DNA of 32,783 nt, taken from assembly GCA_000934665.2 (NCBI GenBank), contig JYFJ02004345.1, positions 1 to 32,783 of the forward strand, written 5' to 3'. A model generated the notes under the pieces. It had not been told where the DNA came from and did no database searches. It saw only the letters and a program-made list of their open reading frames with translations. The DNA comes from Catajapyx aquilonaris. Taxonomy: Eukaryota. The position numbers and the translations under genes were made by a program. How positions within the stretch are numbered: position 1 is the stretch's first letter; each line of letters begins with the position of its first letter. Shown here piece by piece: positions 21,801 to 32,783 of the stretch.

Positions 21801-24800
21801 CCAAACATTCTTCTAGCTGAATCAGTCGACATAACATCTTACTCGAAGGGAATGGGTGTCTTTAATCAAGAGGAGCAAAAACCCACTCACTGCTTCAAGG
21901 TCGAGTGATATTTATTTCGCCCATGAGCTGGATATACTTATATCGCAGTACTTGTAAATTCTCCTCCGTACACTTAGCTATAGTACCAGAAAAAAATCCC
22001 CGCGTCCCCAGACTCCAGCAGAAAATTTCAATCAGTTCCTCTCGTCTGCAGGTCCTGGCCAGCAACCGTCTATGAATCATTCATGTCACAAACCCCCTTT
22101 TGCATCTAACCCCTCATCTCCCAGCCACTCTAAGGCCCCACCAGCATCTTGGCCTGGCTTCAATCCCACATGTGACAACCCTCACATGTTTTCCAAGGTT
22201 CTAATTCTTCGAGCCTTGAGGAGCCCCCAGGGTTTGGTCGGTCCAACTTCTTTTTTGGCTCCATAATTAGCAGCCCGCGTTACGCGCAATTGTTTACACG
22301 TCGGCATTATTATCCTTCGAGCAGCAGCTGTTTGGCCTGCATCAAAAAGAAACTCCCTTCCTCATTCCGGTTGTGACTGCCAAGAGTGTAATCCGGTCAA
22401 TATTTGTCGTAATTAAGATATGTAATGACATGTAGCACATACCGCAACCAGGTCGGATTGTGGATAATTTCAGCGTGCGAAATAATGCCAGTTGTTGCAT
22501 TATGAATATCATAATGTGTGGTTCTCCCCCCCCCCCTAAAAGCGCTTCCATAAACCGGAACCAAATTAAAACAATTTGTGCTAATTATTTATTCGTGTTT
22601 ACCTAATTTATGATCCATTCTTGGTAACACACATGAACCGAAGTTCCACTCTATTCAAGATTGTTTGCATCCAGCGTCACAGACTTTTGGCACAGCCCAA
22701 GTCTGCTGACCACCTTCTCCAGACCCACATCTCATCGGTTCTTATTTTAGCTCCTTCCACCAGACTTTTGTGAGTGTACTTTGTAGCATTTTAAACCCTC
22801 CCCATCCTCCAACCCACAATCAGCCAATCGCCCAATGCACTGCTGAACCAGAATTAGAGAGACCGCTGGCAACTGGAAGGCACCTCATTAAAATTCTCAG
22901 CTTTGTCGGCACCTCTTTTTTTATTTTTGTTTTTAAAAGACTCCCATGTGCTTTTATGGTCTCATGTTGTGCACTGACTCTGAAGGGTATAAAGCGCCTG
23001 GAGGATATATATTCTCCTCTTAAAAATTACTATGTCGGTGACGTCACCATATGTGTGCTGCAGCGTATGAGAAATAAATCCGACACACACAAAAAAAATT
23101 GTGTGTAAGCTTCCTGCGACCCGACCTTGAAGGAGAGTTAGCTCATCGTTCTCCACAATGCAACTGAAGGAAAGAGAAAATATGGACGCAACTTATTCTC
23201 ACGTTTCGCCTTCCGTGACGCTACCGGCACAGTTAGAAGTTTGCACAATATTTTCGCGCCAGTTGGTGCAACTCTGCTCTAGTTAGCAGATTTTTTTAAA
23301 AATACAACAGATTCGTGCGTTATTTCCAACCCTGGTATAAATTCCCACAATTATTAGACTGTACTATCTTCAAACGTACATTCCACGCCTTGTCCTCCTT
23401 TCCTGCTTGTTTCCTTCTTTTTTTTTGCAAATTGCTTGCAAGCCTTGGGTCCTATCCTACCTTATCATGGTCCCTGCGAGTAAAGCAAAACACAATTACA
23501 GTGCTGGCAATCTGGAGGAAATTGCATTTCGGCGACAGGGAAATGGACAAGTTGGCTGTCCCCGACGGGTAAGCTACCCGGATTCTTCCTTCTTTGGCGA
23601 CTGTAAAAGAGACGCCAATTGGACTTTAACCCCAATCTAAAATTTCGATGCAAATTTTGCAAAATTGCACAGCCTCATTTAAAAAATTTCAGATTTTATT
23701 GCAATTTCTCTCAGCATAAAAACCAGGCAATCTTCTTCGGTACGAACCCTTCAGAAAACATGAAATTCAGATTTAGTGAGTATTTTAATAGCCCAGGTGA
23801 GATTTCCCAATGGCAGGTGGACCCGAGGTGAAAATGAATTGAAAATAGGAATTTAGCGTTGAACTTTTTGACAACATGAGATAGCCTGGTTTTGATAATG
23901 ATCTACATTATGGTCAACTTGATTTTTTTTAAATATTTTAAATTGTTAAAATCACGCAATTTTCTCTTGTGATTCTCTCTGTGTGTGTGCTCTCCAGCCA
24001 TGTGATTTCAAAATTGACAATATTGCGCGAGAGCCGAGCTGAAGTGAGAGGATGGGAGGCGAAATGTTCGTCTCGTCGAAGGCTCCTGGATTTGAATGGA
24101 AATTCCTGGGGGGGAAAAGGCAGCAGGCAAAGAAGGGCTTTTGTGAAGTTGGCACCAAATTCATCCCCCATCCCTCCCAACCCAAGTCCTGTCGGTCCCG
24201 ATCTGCCGGTTTGCCTGAGGCAAACATACTTCTGTCAGGGTAAATATTCCCCGGTGAAGTTTTCACTGCGATAGTCGAGTTTGTTGTGAAGGGGATGGTT
24301 GGGTGGGGAGGTAGTGGGTGGTGAAGTAAGCAAAGTAGGAAGTGCACGCTGGCAGTCTGGTCTCGTTTAATCGGCGCATCACTTTTGGCCCAACTCTCTA
24401 ACTTTCACTTGCCAGACACCCGACCAGGTTTATTGACATCACGGTTTACGAGGATTACCTCCAGTTAGACTATTCACACTTGGGCACAAACCTGTCCACT
24501 GCATCATTCTACATAATCTAAAGTGTACCGTTCCGTTCTGTTCCGTGCCCAATTAATTCCGGCAATCCACGTGCTTGGCTGTCTCGTGGGTCGTAACTAG
24601 GTCGCACGTCGTTGGAATTTGTTCCGCAAATAAGCCCTCCCTCCCACCCACTCACTCAAAGTGGTTACGACAAGCGGATCGCGTCATATAGTTGACGGCA
24701 CCCTTACTTGAGAGGAATTATTGCCACCCCCTGGCTCGGCTCTCAGGAAGCGGCAGAATAGAGAGAGAGAGGCTTGGATCACGTCATGTGGGATGCCATA

Positions 24801-25783
24801 ATTTCTTTCTCAAGTAAGACCAGCCGGGTGTCAACTGCACCAATCAATTGGTCAGATGATAAGAAAAATATTTTGTAATAATTCCGACAAACGTATGTGG
24901 TTGTATTCACGGTTCGCTTCAGAGGAATTAAATATCCGGTCAGGTGTGCTTCCCTCCGCATGCGACAATGTATTTTTCATTTAATACGTATTCATTACCC
25001 TACAATTTGAATATAAACTGAGCGACCTCATTCGATGTAGCAGAGAGCTACGGAAGAGTCGTACTCACAACACACAGGAGATTGAATAAAGCACCAGGAT
25101 TAACGCCAATTATCTCACATGTCAGTAACGAGAGATGAAACCAAATGACGCCTTTATACATAAAGTCATCCAGAATGTATAGTCTATTGACCCTCTGGTC
25201 AATATACAGTGTTTCCGAATGGTTATACGCTTCATTGCATGTTGTCAATTCGTGTGTTATTCGACTTGTGTCTACATCGCTTTATCGGGAAAATGTTCGT
25301 TTGTTGTTTTGTTATGCAAGTCCTCCATGTCATTATCACATTTCCCTATGAAACGATGCCAACACGTGAGAAAGAAACTCTCATGTCGCTTCCACTGTCA
25401 CTTTCATTTTGATGATTAAATGACCCATAATCGAGAATGAATAATAAATCCTGCGTACACGTTGATGTATTCTGAGAGATTTTCTTTCTAACAATTCAAT
25501 AGACGCGAATGTCCTTATAGAAAGATTGCGCCTGAACCACTCCTTGGCAAACCACACCTCACTTGTTTGTCACTTGACTCACATGCCACACACGTGCACT
25601 TTGCACTGCACAACACACTTACGATCCTTTCCCGCCACACACTCGGTGGCGACTGGGCCTAGCTGTTGGTCTACAAGGCTGAGCAGCATCAACAGCAGAG
25701 TCTCCCTCTGTGCACCAACCCAACACCTAACCTTCAACCAGAATGACTAAGGACTGGGCCCCACTGCCTTCTCCCCCACCCAA

Positions 25784-25809
25784 CTCTCTCTCTCTCTCTC
25801 TCTCTCTCT
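25784..25809. repeat. (CT)n microsatellite
   Basis: About 13 CT units read directly. Confidence 0.95.
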
Positions 25810-28802
25810 TCCTTCCGTCTCCCCCACCCTCTGCCAATGTTGCCATGTCCATTGGATCGGAACTTAAATCAATCGAGGCACCCAATATAAAGCCGGTTTC
25901 AGGTTTAGTGCCACGTGCCAGATATGCAGATGCCACCGGCAGATGGCCCCACTTTTGGCTTTTCCTCCCCACCTCCCATCTGCTACTCAAAATTCCGGGC
26001 TTTTTCATGGGCTACCTTTTTACCCGTGTTTGTAACTCGTGTCCGGGGGGCGCTTCAAAAAGTACAGCTGCGTTGTTATTATTATGAGGAGTTCGGTCCC
26101 CTTCTTTTTCCCCCTCTCTGCTCGGACCCCAGTACCCCCCATGGACTTGTACCGGGGGTGAACAAAAACAGTGAGTGGAGCGGACCACAGCAGGGTTCAA
26201 GGAAGTATATTATGATGAGTAAGTCACTCGAAAAAAGAAAAAAAACAATGATATGGATAGCCGGTACAGGATCATAACAATAGAGGAAGATTCGCACTCG
26301 ATTCATTCTCCGCATGAAAAATAGTACTGAGCTCTCCCGTAGACTGAATATCATAAAAATTGTGCTGTTATAACGAGATTACGCCGTATTTACCCCGAGT
26401 TTTTCACTACTGGGGACAATATATCAAAAAAAAAAAGAAATCTCATAAAGTACAATATTCCAGATGTAGGGCACATTATCTGCTGGATACCTACTCCATT
26501 GGGAGTACAAGTTATGCACAGTATACGCAACAAGGTTATCCCGTCGGAAATAATTGCTGGGTTTTTCTCGTCCTTCTGATAAAGCTATACCAGTAGCTAT
26601 ATAAGGACAACAAATAGCTGTAAAAACTCTCAAGAAAACTCATGGGAGGATTCCCAGTCGGAGAAGTATGCCGCTACTAAAGTCGTAATTCACCAGGAAA
26701 ATAAAAACCAGCCGTATGTCTTTATAATGAGTGTGTGCACTGTACAAGACGTACTGTAATGCAACATGCATTGTACTATAGGTAATCTTAATTTTTTGCA
26801 TATGTTATGATATGAGTAAAATATATGTGAATTTTATGTACCGGCACCTATTCTTCATTTTTCCATTTGTTAAAAAAAACATTTATTAATTCCTGTCAAT
26901 TTTTAATCTATCATTATTTTGTAAGTAACCGATAAGAAGGATGACGCTGCCGTCTTTTCTATGCCTGTAATAGTGCACTGACCCAAATCCTGACATACTG
27001 CAAGCTTTGCACAGGTCTGAATGGAATTCTCAACCTCAGGCTGATTTACCTCCAACCACATCGATAAAGGCAATTAAACTAGTCCTGGAAACAGGGCAGT
27101 TATGTCCAGGCCCTCACCACCATCCCTTCCTTACAAGCCATAACTGAAAGCACACCTCCAATTAAGATGGCAATCTTCCCCAATTCCCCCCAAACCCAAG
27201 CTCCCTGGATTGATCCAAGTTTATAAATAAGTCAGGTAGCACCTTCCTACAGTTAGCACCTGTCAGATGGTGACGTCAGATAAATTTACTCCCTAATGAT
27301 AATGAGGGCTGGAGAGGGAGTGTTGTCCTTTTTTTCCCCCAGACTACTCTTCAACTGTACAGAAACGCAGAGTGTTGCGTGTCTGATTAGGCCTAATCCT
27401 GGATGTTCATTATGCAACAGGAGAAAAGCCCTTCCCATCCACTTCTGCCAAGAACTTCTCCAGGCAGAGGCAGCAAGAGGGGGAGTCCAAATGGCAATCA
27501 ACGGACTGCTTGTCCAGTGTTTTGTGACGAATAAGAGTGGGGGAACTGTCCAGTGTCGTCATCATCATTACGGACTGTAATCAACAAGCTTCAGGGGGGA
27601 AAACCACCAGCCGTTCTTGGTTATCTGTTTTAAGGCTCCTTGTATCTCTTTGTTCTCTGCCATATTTATTTCTCGGATTAATAAGCCCCAACCCAGCGAC
27701 AGACGACAGTGAAACACGAGGCGTCCCCAGCCTTTTTTTTCCGCTCTGACACGCAAAGATTTCATCTCAAGTCCCACCATCCTCGGGTGCGAATTCTTAC
27801 ACTCCCCCCACAACCATCCCTCAGGATATATCCCCCCTCTTCCTCCCTTCAAATCCATCCTTCAAAAAAGCCAGATGAGGTTTCTTGGCAAGTTGGGCAA
27901 CCCTGCTTTTTTCCTTTGACGGGAAGAAGGAAACCCGACCAAAGAGTCGTTTCAGATCAACGACTTCGAGGGCTGAAGAGAGAAAGCCGGACCCGCTATT
28001 TTGGGGGACTTTTGTACACAAAACAAAGTTTTTCCCTCACCCTGTGTACACTTACAAGTAGGCGGATGTGTCTCCCGAGAGTTTCGTCAGGTGTCGAGAA
28101 GATTCAAGCTCGTGTGCAGCCCCCCGAGCTACCCAGAATCAGTTCGATGCAGCCATGTATACTGTATAGCACATGCCAACTACAAACAAAACTAACTTTC
28201 AAGCTTTTGCATCCAGAGCCATCAAAAATTCATTGCCACAGGGTGTCTCTGCTGGGGATGGCATAAATACCATCTGCAGCCACGCAGCAGGTGAAATGTC
28301 TCCCTGGAGTTTCATCTCTGGGAAAGCCAGTAGGGAAATAAATGCAAGAGTAGTCTCATCCTTTCTCTTCTCCCTCACCTTTTTTTTTGCGCAGGCTCCG
28401 GAGGATCAGCCGGAGAAACGGTTTGATCCCCAAAGGATTTTAGTTCGAAACCGATCGGATCCTGAAACTCGTCGCCAACTCCCGTATCGCAGAAAGAAAC
28501 GAGTATTGTGCGACACATTTGCATTAAAAAGACAAGTAGCTATAGTGCTGAACATTAATGGTGTTGTACTGGTGGCGCCACCAGCTGGTGGCGGCAACAG
28601 AGCAAAGTATTTGGTACTAGTATGTTGATGTGTATGTCACATAGAATCAAAGTTATGGAAAATCGCAACTTCTAAATACAGGGTGTGTTACAAGTTCGTG
28701 GGGCCTTATGTAATAGCTATTGTTATAGGATATAGGACATTTCGCCCAAAGCCGTTATTTTTCGTCGCTGTTGTGTTGCTCCTAATCAGTTGTCCGATTA
28801 TA

Positions 28803-29132
28803 CAGGGTGTTTCAACTTTTTCCCGGACAGTTATCGGAAAATTGCACGTAGCTGCTACTTTGTAAGCAGTGAATTGCAACCGGTGATTTGTCGGAGGAAT
28901 GGGCAATATGGGGAAAAAGAGGGTCACACATCCCATGGCATGTGTGACCCTATTTTTTCCAGGCTTGACCCTCAATTTTCAGCGGGCACCACGTATGCCA
29001 CTTCAACCTACTATTCGCAGGGAATATTCCCCGTTCCTCCGAAAAATCACAGTTTGCAAGTCACTGCTTAAAAAGTAGCAGCTACGCGCAATTTTCCTAC
29101 AACTGTTCGGACAAAAAAGTTGAAACACCCTG
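28803..29132 (+). mobile_element. MITE family A copy 3 (330 bp)
   Basis: TA|cagggtgtttcaacttttt ... aaaaaagttgaaacaccctg|TA. Intact TA target duplication and long TIRs. Confidence 0.94.
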
Positions 29133-29684
29133 TATAGCAGTATAGCGTACACTACATTCGACCACCCGATAGTACTGAGGCACTTGGATCGGAGCGCAAT
29201 AAGCTGCCCAAAAATAACTATACTTCGGACGATATCAGTGATAACAAAAAACTACCCACGAATTTGTAATTTCACAGCATATAAGTTATGTATAGTGTAC
29301 ATATTAACACTCCTTTATTCCTGCACGTATACTTTTCACCTCATATCACCCAAACGACACATGAATAGTGAAGGCTGCATTTGCAGACTTGACGAGCCAG
29401 CTGATGACTGAACGTTAGCAGCATCCTCGCGGAATGATATCTCGCTTCACTTATCTATAGAAGACGCCGAGAGGAGAGGGAGAAAAAAAAGTAGTCTGTC
29501 TGAAAGGGTGATGGAGTGAGCTAAATTTAGGGACAGAAAGAGTCTTTCCTTGGGAGATATGGATGGAGCATGGTTGGGGGGGAGAACAGCTTTCGTAGTA
29601 GTAGTAGAAGGCATAACCACCCTTGGCTCATTTGGGGACTACCAAAAACTTCTCCGGAGGGCGACAAATGGGATCGTTTTTTTC

Positions 29685-29693
29685 CTCTCTCTC

Positions 29694-29734
<41 letters not shown>
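29685..29734. repeat. (CT)n microsatellite
   Basis: About 25 CT units with one CA interruption. Confidence 0.95.
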
Positions 29735-29738
<4 letters not shown>

Positions 29739-32700
29739 AACCCATCGAGGGAGGGAGGTTTTGGGTGGAGAGGGATAGAAATTGGATCTTTTTGTAGGAG
29801 GGTTGGTTTTTCAGAGAGCGGGCAGGCAGGCAGGCCTCAAACCGATACGCCCTTTCATTTGGTAGCACCTTCCAGTACTTATCCTGTCATCTACATTCAG
29901 GGTCGGTCCCCCTGCGCACACCCTTGACGTGATGGAAACGGAGATGGTAGGGGGAGGTAGTGGGTAAGGATTACAGTGGAGGCAATTTCTCGGGTGAGTC
30001 ATTTCTATACGTACAAAGCACACTCTGAATTACAAGAATAGCTTCAAGATTTGTGCAAAATCCAGCCTGCGATTCTTACATTTCTGATTCAACTGGTATG
30101 CCTGGTTAGGAACTAATAATTCATTTCATTGGTGACACAACTGGCCTCTATAGTGTAGTGTGGGACAGAGAAAAGAGGCTATATTTTCCATATTTTCGAA
30201 TTTCCGTAGAAATTTTCAGCATTTTATTTATGCACAAGATGTCTCCATATTCCTATGCAATGTTCTCCGATTCTGAATTTTCCACGGGATTTCAATCTCC
30301 TTCGGATCTAACAAAATAATATTCTACAGGCACCTCCTTTTGAAACTGGACTCATTTGCACTCGCGGAATTTCCTGGTTTATCTGTCACACGCAAAATTG
30401 TGTGTGTAGGTTGTGTGTATTCCTTACATTCCTGCAGGATTCCGTCGAACCTTGAGCACATTGTAGTGCTATCTCATTTCAAAGAATATATATTGCATAC
30501 CTAGAATCCACTCGGGACCTTCTTAGGATTCTCCTGTTATCTCTTTTAATACCCTGGATTCTTTTACGTGTATCTGGATTCCATTGGCCTAGTAACAGGT
30601 AATGTGAAATAAATAAATATGGATTTCATTTGATTTTCTTGATGTTTCTTTTTGTATTTTTATCGGGATTTCAAGAGTGATTTTTCCTTGAATTTTTCCC
30701 TTTCGAGGTTTCCATCTACATAACAAGCAGGCTCACCACCGCCAACCCAAAATAATAGAAAGTCCGTCTCATTATAAAAATGCATGCCCCCCTGGTTCTT
30801 GTTAATCAGCAATAAACAAATGCAATAACAAAAATCGTTCGCGAAAATTTTTGGCCCCGACAACACCGGTGAATCGCGGGCCAGGAGAGAGGAACAAAGG
30901 TGAATTTTTCATTAGAAAATGCCGCAGGATTCCTGGGGAAATTGGCGCAGTTAGGGAGACGCGTGACTTTGAACAACACTTGGGATTAAAAGTGGGGGGG
31001 TTGGGGAGGTGGTTCAGGGAGGAGGCAAATCGATGGAGGCGGCAGCGGACAATTAGAAATTCTAAGCCTCAGGGGGAGGACTCCGAAGAGAAAATCCCGC
31101 TTTAGAAACAAGATAAACCGCGGTCTAATTCCTGGCAGCGCTTCAGGCAGACTCGGGAAGGAAAACACAGGGTGAGTCACTCATGCCCTCCCAAAGGGCG
31201 AATAAGCAGCTATTGCAGCTGTTATCAAGCAATAACGTCTATTTTTTTTAAATAAAAAAATCTGCCATAAGCTGGTTATTTCTGCTTGTAAGAAGTTACT
31301 GCTATTCAAAGTAATAGCTGAGGGTGTCAAAAAGATTAGGCTGCTAATCCTCTGTGCTATAATAATAGGTTAAAACATTTGGTCCTTATTATGTTGTATT
31401 TTATCACTCATACATGTCAATCACTTGATATTATTTAGTGCAACGGATTTGCTGGATTAAACACTGGTAAGAGTCATATGCATCCCAATTGGACGGTTTT
31501 ATGCAATAATGTGTCAACCCACAAAAATGTTAAAATTGAGTTAAGCCCAGGAACAGTAAGGCCCATGAAGTATGGTACTTCATTCAGTTAAAATCAATCT
31601 GAAGAAATGCATACTTCTGCCATAAATGACCGAAAAGGGCACTGAATTCGCAGGTTCGACATTCAAAGTCCTTTTTTCAAAACTTCTCCTGTGGGTTGAC
31701 TCATTATTACATAACAGCATTCAATTTGAACCTATTATTGCCGTGCCCAACCTCATGTTAGCAGCTAATAATTCATGTCCCCCAAAAGTATTAGCAGTTA
31801 TCCGAATTTCTCTTAAAATGGCTAAAATTGATACTTTTATTAGGAACTAGCTCTTATTTGCATTTCTCTTCTCCAGTGTAGCTGCTTATTACTGTATCTC
31901 AGAAGCAATCTCTGCTTTGCCCTGTAGCAGAGAGGGGTTCAGTGGAAGCAATATGTTAACGGACGGATGGCGCTTGCTCATTGGTAGACCTCTCCTCCCT
32001 CGAAAGGAAACTCATTTCGAGTTGGTTTGGGGCTGAATGGACACTGAAACTAAATATGGCGGACGTGGACGGACTGCAGCTGGCCAAGATTAGCCGCGTC
32101 TGCTGGGAAATGATCCCTCGGAAAGGATCCAAGCCTCGAAGGGAAGGAGAAAGAATGGAAAAAAGGAAAAAAAGAAAACATATATATCTACCAAGAGAAG
32201 GAAAAAGAAAACGCCCGCAGCCTTTTCTCTTTTTTTAGAGAAAGAGATTCTTGCAATTTCGGTTCCGAATGCGAATCGCCGTGTTGGGAGCCAATGAGCG
32301 ATTCAGGTGAGAGCTGAGCTGAGCAAGGGGTTCACAGAGTACTCGTGTTCGATGGGAGAAGCGGCTTTGGAAAGTCCACAAAAATCCAAGAAAATCTTAC
32401 CGTACTCCAGGACCATTGCATATTTATGAATTCACGGAAATCGTATATACTTCTGAAAAATCCTTAGAAAAATGTGTAATAATGAGACAATTATTAAAAT
32501 AAAAGATATTAAATATAACATAAATGCAATGCCATCATTAATATAATAAAATAAACGAATAATATACATATTTATTAATAATAATTAGCTGATCAAAACC
32601 GACAAACCGATAAAATTATAAAGAAATACATGTAACATAAAATAATACAAAAATAATAATGGAGCATCCGGAGAAATGAGATGATTAAAGGATCTTACCA

Positions 32701-32783
32701 ACGGGCAATGAGGGTAGTATCCTCACAGGATACGAATACGGATACGGTCTGCGGATACGGTATGAGTTGCCAGATCAATGCAA

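Noticed and set aside
3463..27580. Apparent window-wide scatter of RT-like motifs in short ORFs (SALDLSGG at 3463, VLPY-x8-FQR at 6669, FHQSRL at 7726, KTAF at 16049, LAQLG/LLDLA at 16731, LDFLSGAIIF at 19386, ESQEKIA at 23952, FVT..YGL at 27296)
   Set aside because: Equally convincing motifs occur in frames that should not be RT: LIAAPSSSSRVMGHPL and LVTVDDLTL are antisense to the coding exon. By-eye matching to a loose consensus is therefore unreliable. Only a profile-HMM search with controls could rescue this idea.
27709..28628. 185-aa and 151-aa ORFs
   Set aside because: Composition is typical of translated non-coding DNA (homopolymer-derived F/P/K/R runs). The first has a non-ATG start, and no exon boundaries support either.

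Overview
Eukaryotic, probably arthropod/insect, genomic DNA that is mostly intronic or intergenic. No prokaryotic operon, CRISPR array, rRNA or tRNA is visible. The best-supported coding signal is a spliced minus-strand gene that I cannot name: a 549-nt coding exon (10009-9461) joined in phase 0 to a 60-nt exon (2170-2111), possibly continuing to 176-87. The rest holds at least four families of non-autonomous terminal-inverted-repeat elements (MITEs): three copies of a CAGGGTGTTTC-ended family (one nested in another MITE, one inside a satellite), two copies of a CAGTTGACTC-ended family, and two single elements. There are also three AT-rich ~30-bp minisatellite arrays, a TCGA/DRE-rich repeat, perfect hairpins and microsatellites. 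Most short ORFs in the track look like chance ORFs. The most unusual observation is an inverted pair of segments (15338-15388 minus, 18449-18499 plus) that share a 14/17-residue peptide, mostly through different synonymous codons. I cannot support a claim of a new biological system from the sequence alone.
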